DNA from: Takakia lepidozioides
Lineage: Eukaryota; Plantae; Bryophyta
Length of the DNA stretch: 64,000 nucleotides
Direction: 5' to 3'
NCBI GenBank assembly: GCA_030704615.1
Contig: CM060731.1
Location: 87,668,001-87,732,000 of the forward strand
Shown here: positions 23,387 through 36,872 of the stretch, one piece after another
How positions within the stretch are numbered: the stretch's first letter is position 1
Layout: each line of letters begins with the position of its first letter
The notes under the pieces: model-generated
Databases searched by the model: none
Told to the model about the DNA's origin: nothing
Seen by the model: the letters and a program-made list of their open reading frames with translations, nothing else
Translations under genes and position numbers: made by a program

Positions 23387-25205
23387 GTCCTCTAACAAGA
23401 TGGGGTCTCAACCACAAGTGTTCACAAATGACATTGAGTTCCATATCCTTCCTAGATGTGGCTGTGTCCTTCTCCCCAAGAATGGTTCTCAGCACATTCT
23501 CCCACAAATGTTTTTCACAATGCATCACATCCAGTGTGTATCGGATGAGTAAGTCTTTCCAGTATGGCACTTGGTTCAAAACAATGACCCATTTCATGCC
23601 ATGTTCCTTTGAAGGGTCCTGTTTTCCCCCCTCAGCCCCTCCCATTGCGAGATACAACTCTCTGGTTTTAGCCCGGTCAAATTGCTCACTTGCAGTGACC
23701 ACCATAGGAGCTGCTCTATGTTCCACATGTCCATTAAAGTGGGACGAGTTATTCCTATAGGGATGAACAGCAGGCAAGTATCTCCTATGACCAAGATACA
23801 AAACTTTTTTGCATGCCTTCGAGTACCTGGAATCAACATTAGGGCCGCAAGCTGGGCAGGCCTTGTATCCCCCGTGTGCGCATCCTGCTAGCAACCCATA
23901 AGCTGGAAAGTCGTGGATTGACCACATCAAGATGGCCCTCATGCGAAATGACTGTTGCCCCACTAGGCTACTTCCATCCAATGCCTCCACACCAACTTCC
24001 CACAACAATTTTAGCTCATCCACAAGGGGCTGCAGATAAACATCTGCATTGTCATTTCCCACAGATTGTGGTCCAGGAATCCATAAAGCCAACATCGTGA
24101 AAAATGGCTTAGTACACAGCCAGGGTGGAAGATTATAGTTTACCAACATGACAGGCCAAGTTGACCATTTGTTTGATTTATCACTGTAAGGATTGACACC
24201 ATCCCATGCGAGACCCAATCGCAGATTTCTGGGGTCCGCTGCAAACTCAGGCTATTTTTGGTCAATGTGGGCCCAAGCCTTGCTGTCTGCTGGGTGCCTA
24301 ACCAAGCCATCCAAACTTCGATTCTTAAAGTGCCATGACATTAACTCTGAGATGGATTTGGCTTTATACATTCGAAGCAGCCTTGGAATGATAGGGAAAT
24401 GTCGAAGGACCTTACGAGGTACTGGTGTCTTCGTACCCACCACATAACGACGTGCCTGACATTTTGGACAAACCTCCAAATTCTGAAGCTCCCTTCTGAA
24501 CAACACATAGCCTTTCGGACATGCATGTATACTCTCGTGATGAAGCCCGAGTTCCATTATGAGTTGTTTTGCCTCATAGTGGGACTTTGGCAGGCAATTG
24601 TCTGCTGGCAACAGTTGTCTTCCTAACAATGTAAGGAGTTCATCGACAAAGGTGTTTGACACACCATGGGTTTGACAAGCATTTAACAGCAGTAAGGTAG
24701 CAGACAATCGAGAGGAAGAACTCCCTACATATAAAGCCCTGGATGCCTCGTGCTCAAAACGTAAGGCACTCGCTGCACCACGATCACCATCGCTCTTCAG
24801 TCCACCATCAGTCTGCTCTGGCACTTCTGGATGTGGAACGTGCCATTGTACAGGCACGTGGCAATAGGAAAACGGACATGTACAATACTCTACACCTTAC
24901 AACAATACCGCTACCAGGAATTTGAACTGTTTCTTATAATTTCAAAGTATGCATCTGCAAAGGGAAGAGAATCCAGAGATATGCACCGGGAGTTCTCATA
25001 AGTTAGGATCTTGCAAGTTCAAAAGCAGATGACGCTTAGCCCAGCCAATGGTTTGCCAGTTCCCACCATGACAGGCATTGCATGGACATAGAATTTTCCG
25101 AAGACCCAGTCTTCTTGCTCGCGCTTCCTCTAGTTTCCACAATCTGTCATCGTCATGTTCTGCTTGTGTCCGCCTTTGCAATCGATGGGCAGTAGGAGGG
25201 ATCAT
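23387..25205 (-). mobile_element. CACTA/En-Spm transposase (Tnp2, Transposase_21 type), C-terminus cut off by the Gypsy insertion
   Basis: ILCPCNAC; IHACPKG...CPKCQARRY...KVLRHFPIIPRL; RHPADSKAW; LGLAWDGVNPY...STWPVMLVNYNLPPW; DFPAYG; GYKACPAC; LDVMHCEK. One in-frame stop near 24252. Confidence 0.93.
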
Positions 25206-26299
25206 CTTGGCGAGTGGGTGAGACTCGTCAGGAAATGGAGACCCAAATAGAGTGTCCAGAAGTTACACCAGGGCGCAAGCCTACAGCGAGGGAGGTAGAA
25301 TGAGCAAAGCGTCAAGCGGAGAACAAGGCATTCTTCGCACAACTGAAGATCTACGACATTGCAAAGAGGTCCAAACTTCGGTTTTTTTCATATCCCCTAC
25401 CTAGCCCTAGCCATGAAACCGCATTAAAAGCTCCAAATCTGCAGAGAGGATATGTTAGGGTTTTGCAGCTGCTGACTTTGTCTTTCTTCTTCTTTGTAGC
25501 GTCGAAGAGAGCTTGAGTCGCCCTAAACGCCTCGTTGAGGAAATCCTCAAACACACAGGTCCTCCTCGCCGAAGTCACAGAGTTCAACTCCTATACTCTG
25601 TAATGTCACAACGGGAGAAAGAGGTAGAGCAAGAGGAGGAAGCGCAGGTTCAAGCGGAGTCAGACACAGAGGAGGCACAAGAGCAAGAATTGCAGCGAGA
25701 CCAAGATTATGCCGCACATGAAGACTTCAATGAGACCAGCTCGGAGTCAGAGATGGAAACGATGAAAGAAGCCCCAACAAAGACAAAGCGTGCAAAGCAC
25801 CCTGCAAACTCCCCAACCCATCAGCAGGTTTGCGATCTGCACCAAGTTCTATCTCCATATGCATATGAAAAGGCAGTGAGGGTAAGAAACAATTGCAGCA
25901 AGGTTGTTGGGCATGAGTCTTGCATATGAATTTGGGTGGGAAAAGGCTCACTGGAATGTCAACTCCAGTTGCCTGCTTTCTGGCTTGGTCTGGATTGTAA
26001 TGAGGCCAACAGTTGTAGGGGTCATACTTCTTCTTCAACAAAGCCAGATAGACAATGCAGCACTAGAGGCACTTGAAGTCCTTACCCCTAAACCCTCCAA
26101 CATCTCTTTGCCAATTCAACTTGTGGACCATGTGCCTTTGTTTTCAGCAATGTGAGTGTTGGTACTCTTATGGTATGCTTGACTCTCCTTCATGATGGTA
26201 TATAAATGTTGCCTCTTTTTCCTTTTTCATCTTGAACCCATAAACTGAGAATAGTGGTTTTGATTTGGTGATTGTCTCTCACCAATCCATGGACCAAGA

Positions 26300-28002
26300 A
26301 GAAGAACAACATGAACGGTAGTGACAAGCCACTTTGTCTAACTTCATTTTCATCAGAGAGAGAGAGATTGTACTCATAAGACGTTGTTTGCCGTAGCCTT
26401 GTGGACATTGACCCCGCGCCCAGTTTGAGCGGGAACAAAAGGGACAGAACCTACCTCTGTCAGGGGCTGACGTTGGTAGTAAGACTTACCTTCATATATA
26501 GAATTAATTGGGTTTTCCAGATATCCTCTAGAAATCCTTCTTGTATAGATTGACAATGACGCCCTGTCACCAGCGAAAGGGGATCGTTTCAGTCTTCTAG
26601 ATCAGGTTAAAGAGGAGAAGTAGGGATTGAATTCTGTCTTGAAGTTGATGGATTGAACCGTCTCTGCCAACGCCTGATTTATGTTGACAACCCGCATGGG
26701 ATCGCCACCGTGCTTGATAAGCTCGTTGACAATACCATCAGGTCCACCAGCTTTATATCCATTTAAATGTTCAATTGCTTCCACAATCTCAGAAGGACTA
26801 ATGGGAGCGTTATAAGCCATTGAAATATACTCCAGTTCATCAGGGCTGTTTTGCATCATAGGAACAGTTTTTCCAACTGTGTCCCTCCATTCAGTAGAAG
26901 ACCCCTCACTGTTAGACCTAGAAGTTATGCCAAGGATACTGTAGTGAGTTTCAAAGGTTTTGACAATGTCAACCGATGAAGTCACCACTGCACCTTTAGT
27001 AGTCTTCAGCGCTTGTACTTGCTGACCGTTTTTCGGCTTGTACAAATGTTGAAGGGCCAACCAGAATTTCTTGTCATTACCACCATGGTGGTTTGAGTTT
27101 ATTTCACTGTATAACTTGTCCCAGTATAATTTCTTCTGAGACCTAACAAGCTGTTTGATATCTTTACGGAGCTGGTAGTACCTCGCCCACAATTCTCTGT
27201 TGGTTTCCAAATTGCAGCACTCTTTATAGAGGGCTCGTCTCTCAGCTATCTTGAGTTTAATCTCATTGGTCCACCAATTAACAGCTCTACCATAGACAAT
27301 TAGTTTCATCCCAATGATCTTGTCAACCACGGAGGAAACGAAACTCTCCCAAGAGTCCCCTGCTCTTTCGACTTCATTTCTTGCGTTATCAGAGCGAGAC
27401 TGAAGTTCTTGGAGCGATTGGACAAAATGAGGGAGACCCTCTTGCAAGGGCTGGACATACTCAGCCTTGACCTCCTCATTATGGAGTTTTTCTATGCGCC
27501 ACTTCCGAATCGAATGTTTCACATATCTCTTGGTGTTGGGAAAACACCTTTTGATCTCATTCCAAACCAGGAAATGGTCAGAGGTACCAATATCAGTTCT
27601 GTCGATCAACACATTGGCACACTGGGGGAACAAATTTTTGTCCATTATGATATAATCCACAATGGAACGTTCCCCAGTTTGGGATTTCTCACGAGTCCAC
27701 TGCACTTGGTCACCTCTTGTCCTGTTATTCAAGGTCAAAAGCTGAAGATCTTCTAGACATTAATTAACCGTCTGCCATTAGAATTCAGTTCGTCCTCACC
27801 AAAAGGTCCAATGATATCGTCCTGATGGAGCCCTTTGCCCACCCGGGCATTGAAGTCACCCAATAGCACCACCTGACCTTTGGCAAGGAACGAAGCACAG
27901 TCCAGCTTTACATCTTCGAAGGCTTTGTCTGCATCAGCACAAAGCGTCCCCTCTGTGGGCATGTAAACACAACCCACAAAGAGGTCCTTCGTCCTCGAGA
28001 CT

Positions 28003-28051
<49 letters not shown>

Positions 28052-29700
28052 CACTCCTGAGAAGTTGCTTATCATAGCCTTGTGGCCACAGACCTTGCCC
28101 GTGCCCAGCAGAACAAGAGGGAACAGACATGAGGGGCTCACTCCAGTAGTAGGACTTACCGTGTTATAAACATTAGTTCAGGCTTTCCAGATTCCTTTTA
28201 GAAAGCCCTTCACACAAGCATCAATATGTTGTATGTGGGCTACCAAGCAATGAGACCCCAACAAGGCCACCGCTTTAGACTCAGCCTTGAGATATTGAAA
28301 GTTGGTGAACAGAGGTGCAGGGACTATGTTCTTGATGGTCCTGAAGAGGGTCGCTCTCTGATGAGAATACCCCGGACTTGTATCAGAAAATGGACATTGT
28401 CTTCAGGCCACCCACACCAGTGAGCATTGACAATCTCCCTTTCCTCTCTGCATCTGTTTATTGTTCAAAGGTAGACTCCCCATCCTGAGGTAAAATTTTC
28501 AGTCTAGTGCCAAGGGTAGGTCTGCCCTTCAGATCATCCTTAAAGTCCTCACCCATGTCACAAACTGGAAACGAGTTCAGGGAAGTTTATGCCTAACATT
28601 GTTTTGTTCGGACATTCTTCATGCTTTTGACATGGCCTTAGACACTTCAGCCTCCACGTCAGATTCATCTAGCAGGAAGAGTTCTTCCTTCCTAATATTC
28701 AGGTATTTATCATAGGGTCGCTGGTATGAGGCATGCGATTCAGCTGACTGTACCATCTGACCTTGAACTCATCATGTTGAGAGGTCAAGGCTGGTACTCC
28801 AAACTCGCCCTGAGCAGCCACGTCAGTTGTTCTACAGCTTCTGGGGTCAGGGGAAAGATATGGAGGATGGTTCACAACCTGCATGCGAACACCAAAGCTT
28901 GTGTTGTGGTCAATAGCGAGAAGTCTAATTTCTTTGACATTGACCAAGGTGTAGCTCAAGGTTGTACCCTCTCCCCGCTGCTCTTCAATGTTTTCGTTTT
29001 ATCAGCCCCTTAAAAATTAGGAAAGCAAGAGATTTGGGTTACAGATGGGTGATGCCGCCATACCAGCACTTATGAAGAGATCAGGCCTTATCAGGCCTTG
29101 GAGTACACATCTGCCGTGTGGGTTGGCCAACTCCAATCATGCTAAAACTTTAGAATCCATTCAGCTTTTGGTGCTCAAAGAGAGCATGTCAGCGCGTGCA
29201 CCATAAGATGTCAAGGAAGGAAACCTTTGTAGAAGGAAGGTGTCGTTCTAGGACAGAGGTTTCCTTAGAGGTTTCTTTCTTTTTTCCTTCCTTGAATAGG
29301 CCAGCTCAGGGACATGGTTGACACAGCCCCCAGGAAGCCTGCCTCACCTTCATGGAAAACACTTCCAGACTCCAAATCAACCTCAAGATGGGTGCTTATT
29401 ATCCTACAGAACAGCTTGCAAACTGTGGTAAGAAGTGTAATGCTACGGTAGTTCCTAGGCTGTCATCTGTCACCTCAGATTGACACTGACACCCTCTCTC
29501 CAGCGAAAGGGTATCATTTCAGTCTTCCAAATAAGGTCCCAGAGGAGTGCAAGGGCATCTACCATATGATCACACCAGGCTTGACAATCGTATCAGACAC
29601 ACCAACTTTATAGCCCTTTAGATGTTCTATTGCTTCAGCAATCTCAGAAGAACTAATGGGCACGTTGTACCCCTTTGTGATGCACTCCAGTTTTTCAGGG
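26300..29700. mobile_element. Scrambled fragments of a non-LTR retrotransposon (APE endonuclease, RT, C-terminal CCHC) on both strands
   Basis: Minus strand: VGCVYMP, LLGDFNARVG, SIVDYII, SDHFLV, KAGGPDGI (26602-28130) and a 3'-end piece at 28280-28680. Plus strand: RT motif GVAQGCTLSPLLFNVF (28726-29013). A second minus-strand RT piece lies at 29470-29700. Confidence 0.85.
28005..28048. repeat. (AG)n microsatellite
   Basis: About 21 AG units, directly visible. Confidence 0.95.
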
Positions 29701-29886
29701 TTGTCTTGGATTGTAGACAGTCATTTCCACTGTACCCTTCCATTCTTTAGAAGACTCCTCACTGTTTATAGGTAGGTCTGACTGACAGGGTCTTCTTGCA
29801 TAGGCCTTTGGGCTTTGCTTACCCACTAGGTTTGCCATCCCTAGTAGTATGGTGGTATTGTTTCTCATGTTTATGTTGAGCAATGT

Positions 29887-32800
29887 GTGCAGAGTTCAGT
29901 AAAAAAAAGGAAGGGAATTGCAGGGAAGGATGCGAACGAGCATAAGTCTCTTACTCCAGCAAAGTGTGCACCAACTATTGCGCCAACTGCTGTGATGAGT
30001 GGCGCGGTTGTTCCAACTTACGAAAAACCAGCCCCGCCCACTCCACAGACTGACGTTCCAGCTCCCTTGTATCCACCAGTATCGGCTCCTCCCTCGTATC
30101 CGTTTATGTACCCGCAGTATCCTGCCATGTCAGGGTATAATCTGCATGGGCACATGCCGTATCCTCACTATCAACCTCCAAACAATGATCCTCAGTGCCA
30201 GAATTACAATTCTTTTGCTCCACCTGCAGGCGCTCCAATGCATGATCCTAGTCAAGGTGGGTATTCCATTTACCACCATTATGGAATGCATCCCCATAGT
30301 ATGTATCCTCCTCGGCCTATGTACAACCAACCTACTTCCTCCCTCTATCCTACCAGCCCTGCAAGACCACACCAGGGGCAGGTCCAGTATGGTGGCCACC
30401 AACCTTCAGGATCCAACTACAGTGGAGTACAACAGCCGGCACCTTCGAGCTTCACTGCACCGCGGCCACCTCTTTATCCAACATCTCCAGGTACACCTAA
30501 TATCCTGAAAGGGAAAGGCATTCTGAAACAGACCGAGGATGCATTTGCTCCGCATCATCCTGTGGGGTGGGAGACAACAGTCCAGCCCCAACAGAGTGAA
30601 GGTGGTAACATGCAAGGTACTGCTGAAACCTTGCAGGATTCCAGCCTTACTCCTGGGGGGACATCAAGGTGTGACTCCTATAGAACGCAAAAATGCTTTA
30701 AGGAGGGAAAGAAGGGCACTTGCAAAAGATCTGAGAGACCAGGCTGCTCAGAATGTGGCTGTAGGGAGGAGGAAATTTTTCATTTCTTGTGATGAACTTG
30801 GAAACCCTGAAGGTCCTGCTCGGAACCAGTGGATGACAGCTCTGCGAGGGCAGTGTCAACGTTTGTTGGACTGGTCATTGTATGCTCAGGATCAACCATT
30901 ACACTTAATTGAAAAGATCATGGAGATCTTGGCTTCAGATTGGGAATACGGACCTCCTGGTCTTAACATAAAGGCTATTACAAAAACAATTTGCGGGCAG
31001 CTCAAGTACCAACGAAATAAGCTGTTCAAAAATTACTATAGTGTGGGGCTGCCCAAACCCCATCATGTGCCAGACAAGACATGGGCACAACTAGTTGTTA
31101 GTTGGGGTTCCACTGATTTCAAGAAATTCCAGGCAAATGGTGTCAAGGCGCGGGGATGTGTGAAGAATACATCTCGATCGGGTCGCAGTGGAATCAGCGG
31201 TGTTGTAGCACGACTGGTATACTTCTCTTACAACATATGAAGTTCCCACATTGTTTTGCATTGACAAACTTTATGTGTTGGGTTTTTTTGGATGGAGCTC
31301 AGAGTCTATTCCTATATGGATGGAATTAGTACACATTGCTACTACTTGGGGGCCTTCTCAGAGTTGGGCGCCAGCAAGAAACTAAGCACTCTTATTGAGG
31401 GGGAGTCATTGACGCTATCCTAGATAATTCTTTACTGTTGGCAGTGTGCTATGCTAGTCATTTACACTTGCAAGTTTGTTGCAATCACAGGAGAAGGAGA
31501 CTGGACGTACACCAAGTTTGCAGGAGATCGCCGGTAGCGCCAGAAGTGACAAAGGCTATGGGTCGGGGTGTACAGGCAGTGCAGCCACAACAGTATATAA
31601 ACTCAGTACCAATTCTGGTGTGAATTACATATTCATGATTTCCATGCCATTGCTAGTTGCCGTTTGGTTCTCTTTTCTTACTAGTTCATCAGTCAGTGTA
31701 GTGAATTGTTACTTTGGAGGTGTTCTATGTGATGGGGCAGGGAATTGGTTCACTAGCAGCTCGCCTCGATGCTATGGAAAACAAACAAGTGCAGATGGAA
31801 GCCAGCTCCAAGGCAGCTTTGGAAGCAGTCCAAGTCCAACTGGAGGCAGCGGCTGCATTCAACATTGCGCTCGCAGCTAAACTTGGCATGAATGTGCCAG
31901 ATTCACAGCCTACAGGTCCACCATGCACCACCTTTGCGCCACATCCAACAAATGAGACTATTTCTCATGTTATGGGCTCACCACTCAACCTGTTCAAGGC
32001 AGTTTCTTCACCGCCACCAAAGCCAAACACAATAGGCTCATTGTTTGGGCTTTCAGAAATGGAGGGGGATGATGACATGGAGGGTTGGTCTGAAGGTGAA
32101 CTCAATCCATCCCCCCATATTGTTGAGGCAACTGCAAAGTGTTCATCAGTTTTGTTGTCCCCTACACCAGCAGCACTGCCGGCATATGTACTACCCTCTC
32201 AATATGCCTGTGAGGTCTCCATGAATTTGCAGAGTGCCCCACAGAAAGGTGTGTCTTTTGTACATGATAATCATGTACAAGTTGTAGGTAATTGCCCTTC
32301 GGCAACTGAGAGGCAGAGAAACACATCCTTATACTTGACTTGAATGGATTGTTATGTGAGAGCAGACTACGAACAAGGGAATACCTAGAGCCCACTGTCA
32401 CCTCCAGACCTGGGTGTCAGGAGTTTCTGGACCGATGCCTTCAGATTTTTGATGTAGGTGTATGGTCTTCCACGTCATTGAGTAATGTCCTTCCAGTTGT
32501 GAAAGCTTTGTTTCGTGGGAAGCAACCAAAGATGGTGCTTCACCAAGACTATTGTGACCAGCGTGTGGGAATGGTGGACCCTTTCAATCCTTCTAAAACT
32601 GTCATGTACAAGAACTTATGTAATTTTGGAAGGACTACAGCCATTACAATCCAACCAATACTTTGCTGGTGGACGATTCCCCACTCACTTGCTTACCCAA
32701 CCCTGCAAATAATTGCATCTTCCCGTATCCATGGAAGTTGAGGGATCAGCCAAACTGCAAGAGGCTTATGAAAGAATTACTGCCTTGGTTAGAGGGTGTA

Positions 32801-33846
32801 TCCAAGGCTGCACACATCCCTGAGTATGTGTCAGGGCACCCATACAGATATGGGCAGCCCAACTACTTGTTCAATACTGCAGCCATGGGTAGTGGATCAC
32901 AACAATCTGCAAAGGCATCCGAACCAGGGCTTCCTGCTGCCAGAGTTCCAACGACTTTGCCTCCCGATGCAACAACAAAGCATAATCAAAGAAAGGTGAA
33001 AGCAAAAGTTTCAATGCTTGGGCGCGTGGGTGGATTTGTATTGTTAATGCTACTTCACAATGTGTGTCATTCGTGCTATTCTCATTTTTTGATTGTTGTG
33101 TCATCCAATATACAGATGGTGAAACCAGTGAAGCGTTCAATGGACAGGGAGAGTACAATATGTGCTATCAATCAGACTACAACCACATTGGATCTAACTG
33201 AACCACAGGGTGACCAACAAAATCCGCACAGTGTAAGTACTTCGTTTGTGCAATTTTGTTTCCTTGTCTGATGCTGGATCAATACACCTCTTATGTATCG
33301 CCACATAGCTGCAGGCCCAACAACCTACATAGGTAGTTTTGTGACATCGTCCTACCACATCCATGTTGACCATGCATAACCTGATACCAACTAGGTATGG
33401 CACCGTTCCAGCTTTGATCATGTCAGCATGTAGTATAGAGACAAGCAAATGCAATTCGGAATTGGAAGTACTGCAATAGGTAGGGTTGGGGTGTTTGCTG
33501 GAAGAACTTCAATGTCATTTTGCAGGAGTGTCAAGCTGTCAGTCTCTGTTCTCCAGGGTTCATTTATGATATAGGAATCTGGTTTTTGTTGCAGTTTCAG
33601 ATCGGCGACAAGGTGTTATTGTTTGATCCTTGTGCACCAAAAAGAAGGGCAGGTGTGGGATATATTGCTGGATTTCCGAAAGCAAATGTGCCAGATAACT
33701 ATTACCGTATCCATGTGAAATCGGTCATGATTTCAGAAGTTGTGTTGCCATACCCGGACTACTCTGTTACCCCTAATTATACCACATTGGGTGACACGCA
33801 GGGAAGTTCCACCTTATGGTCTGAAAAGTTTCTTAAACACGCGTGA
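29887..33846 (+). pseudogene. CACTA TnpA-like multi-exon gene: P/Y-rich N-terminus, Transposase_24-like region, FCP1/NIF-like domain, Tnp1/En/Spm-like C-terminal domain
   Basis: KPHHVPDKTWAQLVVSW...KARGCVKNTSRSGRSG (30539-31240) and NVPDNYYRIHV...LPYPD...TTLGDTQGSSTLW (33520-33846); lies upstream of a CACTA terminus. Confidence 0.7.
32325..32870 (+). pseudogene. FCP1/NIF-type HAD phosphatase-like domain within the CACTA gene
   Basis: ILILDLNGLL, RPGCQEFL..CLQIFDVGVWSS, YKNL, then a frameshift to NTLLVDDSP...NPANNCIFP. Confidence 0.8.
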
Positions 33847-34241
33847 TATTGAAGGTGCTACAAGTTTAGTTTAGTTTTCTTTATGGATTGAGGGTTGCTG
33901 AGACAGGTGAACAAAACAGCTCTTCTCACATGAACAGTATTTTTTGAATTGATGCTCTTGCTATTCTCATGTATGATCACAAGATCCCCTTGTTCAAGGG
34001 CAACTTCATTTTCCCACATCAAGCCAAATTTTTCTTGTGTAGACATGAATGTGGTATTTTGCTGGTTGTTTGCTATATTTAATATTAATAACATTACTAT
34101 TGGTCAATGTGGTTGATAATACAATTATTATCCATGTTTTAAATAAGCTTTTGTTTAAATGAAACAAAACAAATAATAATTCTAAAATAATAATATATTA
34201 CATATTAAATCAAGCAGCCAATGGCTTTTGGGGTGCTATCC

Positions 34242-34273
<32 letters not shown>

Positions 34274-34689
34274 TGACTATTCATTTTGGCATTTGTCAAC
34301 AAATAATAATTGTTTACTTTTTGTCCAATAGGAACAAAACAATGGATATGACAGTATTCACACTAGTGTCATTGCGATCACACCACGACTTGAACCTGGT
34401 GTTAAATTTGTGTGAGAGAATCCGTAAGAAGAGCCCTTAATATCTATTATGTATTTAATAATTCTGATGGACTCTATTACGTGGCATTCCCTTTGACATA
34501 CATGTGGCAGACATGGTGGCAATGAGGTGTAATAAGTACCGTAGAAAGACCATTAAGATTACTTAGTCAAAATAGTAGTTGAACTAACCAGTCAAAACGG
34601 CCGTCAAAATATCTGTCAAAAGAGCCACCTAAACCTACTGCCACATCAGGTGCAAGTTTGGTGTGAGATGGTTTTTTTCACAGGACCAA

Positions 34690-34813
34690 GAAAGTTCACA
34701 TGTGGTGCAAAGGACTAGGTTAACCTAACACCAAGGGGGGGTGTGAACTTGGGCTCTTTTCACACCAAAATGTGTGAGAAGAGCCGTTAAAAAAACTGGT
34801 TTCTGTATTAGTG
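34690..34813. mobile_element. CACTA terminus (…GGTTTCTGTATTAGTG = CACTAATACAGAAACC on the minus strand) with subterminal repeats
   Basis: TAGTG at 34809-34813, with TGTGAGAAGAGCC / GGCTCTTTTCACA repeats just inside. Confidence 0.8.
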
Positions 34814-35124
34814 ACCTAAATGAGAGAGGATAAAACACCTCCGAGGTCAAAGGTGCTGGGGTGGGGGGGGGGGGGGGGGATTTTAAACTTTAAACCCCCA
34901 GCCAACCATAAGGCACACACACTGTTGTCAGTTAACAAATGAACCAACCCTCCAAGGAGGACAAACAAACTACCGGGGACTATTCCCCTGAGACGAACTA
35001 CGATTGGCATGATTCCTATGCCTAGAAGCGTGTAAACCCAATGATGAAAGTTAGTCCTCTAAAGTGAAGGCGAGAAGCCTTATTAGACGTCTTGATGTGA
35101 CGCCAATTGATCTCCCGGTCGAAC

Positions 35125-35560
35125 TCAGATGAGGCGGTGAATGGTGAAGCGGAGGTCACGCCATCCAACGGGGGGCAGCTTTTTCCAAGAGCATTGATCA
35201 TGCGAAGTGCTGATGCATAGGATTCCCTGGTGCCCCCAAGATGATTTGAAGGACTCATAGAGCAAATCCGCCTTTCGTGGCACTCTTTCGATGTCTACAC
35301 ACATTTTGGCCCAGGCCTTCCTGAATTCAACTTGCATATCATAGTAGATTAGAGACAGAAATGAGGATGTGGAGCAAGTGGTGTCCGAGAAGGTTTTTAT
35401 GCATCTAGCAGTCCATAAGTGCCAGAGGTTCGAGCTCCTTAAGACTGGCAAGCAAAGGAAGTTCGTTTAGTGATTGGGTTGTAGTTCAGTAGCAGATCGG
35501 TAACTGTGAGGCGGGTATTGTTCCAGTTCGGTAGAACGATATTGTTCTGAATCAAAATGT
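35125..35560 (-). mobile_element. Possible 3' fragment of an L1-type LINE
   Basis: LWHLWTARC...F resembles the L1 ORF2 C-terminal W-x2-W-x2-R motif; weak evidence. Confidence 0.35.
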
Positions 35561-36872
35561 TCAAAGCAAGAGAATTTTCAAGGAATTTTCACATGTTGTT
35601 CAATATCTCACTGGGCTATGGAAAGAGCACGTCACTCATACTTCAGCAAAGTAGTTGTGTAGTTGAATTGACTACTCAATAAAGACAATACTCCAACCAC
35701 TTCAACCATTAACACGGGTTGTGGGGCTAGAACTTAAATGCATGAAACAGATTTGAAGGAGAGACCTGGTTAGTGTCAAACTTAGTTGCAATGGTGCAAG
35801 AGACCATGTCCTCCTTCCTTCCTCCATGTCCCGTATGTTCTCCACTTCTGGTGCACTGTGTAGCATACGGTCAGTTAATTTGGATCACACTTGAGCATAT
35901 TGGTGCAGAAGTACAAACTGCCCAATGTAACTTGCACAGTATGAGCAGTCCAGTCTAATCACTGCTTCTTGAGTCCTCTGCAGCAGGAAATGGATTGAAG
36001 TATTCCTAGCAAGAGAATTTTCACAGCACATCTCACTCTCACTGGGCTGGAACAAGCATGCCAGACATACTTTAGCAATTCTATACTCTAGCAAAGTTCT
36101 CCAACCAATTCTATAAGAGAGCTTAAGTATTGCTACCAGGGCCTTTTCAATGTGGTGCTCTGTAAACCCTGAAACAAACTAAGAAATTTTTGAATGTTTT
36201 CCACTTAGAATACCTTCCCTATATCAAGAGTCATTGTGAACATGAACACTCAAGAACATCGTGTAGCATAGAGCCATAGTGTTCTTGAGGTTCTGCTTTC
36301 TGTGACTCGAATTTCCTTGTGTTCTATGCCTACGCCTCGATTGAGCTCATGATTGGAGGTTCATAGAAAGAAAATGTAGGCTTCAATTGTCCCACATTGC
36401 AATGCCCCCTGGACTGTGTGAATTCAGTAAATGGCAATTGATACTACGGGTCCCGAGGGCGGGGCGCGGACGGCACGTGGGTGGGCCAAGGGAGGGTGGG
36501 GATTTGACAGGAACGCTCCGGCAGCTGGCCAAAGTGGCGTGGTAAAGCAAGACCCACGCTCTCACACGCGCGCATTCAACTCCCATCCTATGTCCAGTGT
36601 AAACCTTCATTAATACAGTAGGGCGGGCTTGCTTGTTTTCCATGCATTTGTTTTATGTATGGGGCGGGGTAGGTGGTTGAGAACCGGTTCGACCCCTGTA
36701 CCCGCGAACACCGTGTAGTTTCTTGAGGGCTAGCTGTATAAATGATGTGGGAGAATGTGGCATGTTCCCACTCTCTTCACATGAACCATGTCGGTGCCAC
36801 CTGTACATTCAATGCGCTATAGCAGCCTAGTCACACCCTCCGTCGCTGTTCCTTGTGTAAAAATAATAGAGA

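Noticed and set aside
25513-26200. Independent host gene
   Set aside because: Short acidic low-complexity ORF inside the CACTA span; possibly a 5' exon of the TnpA-like gene, but not supportable from sequence alone.
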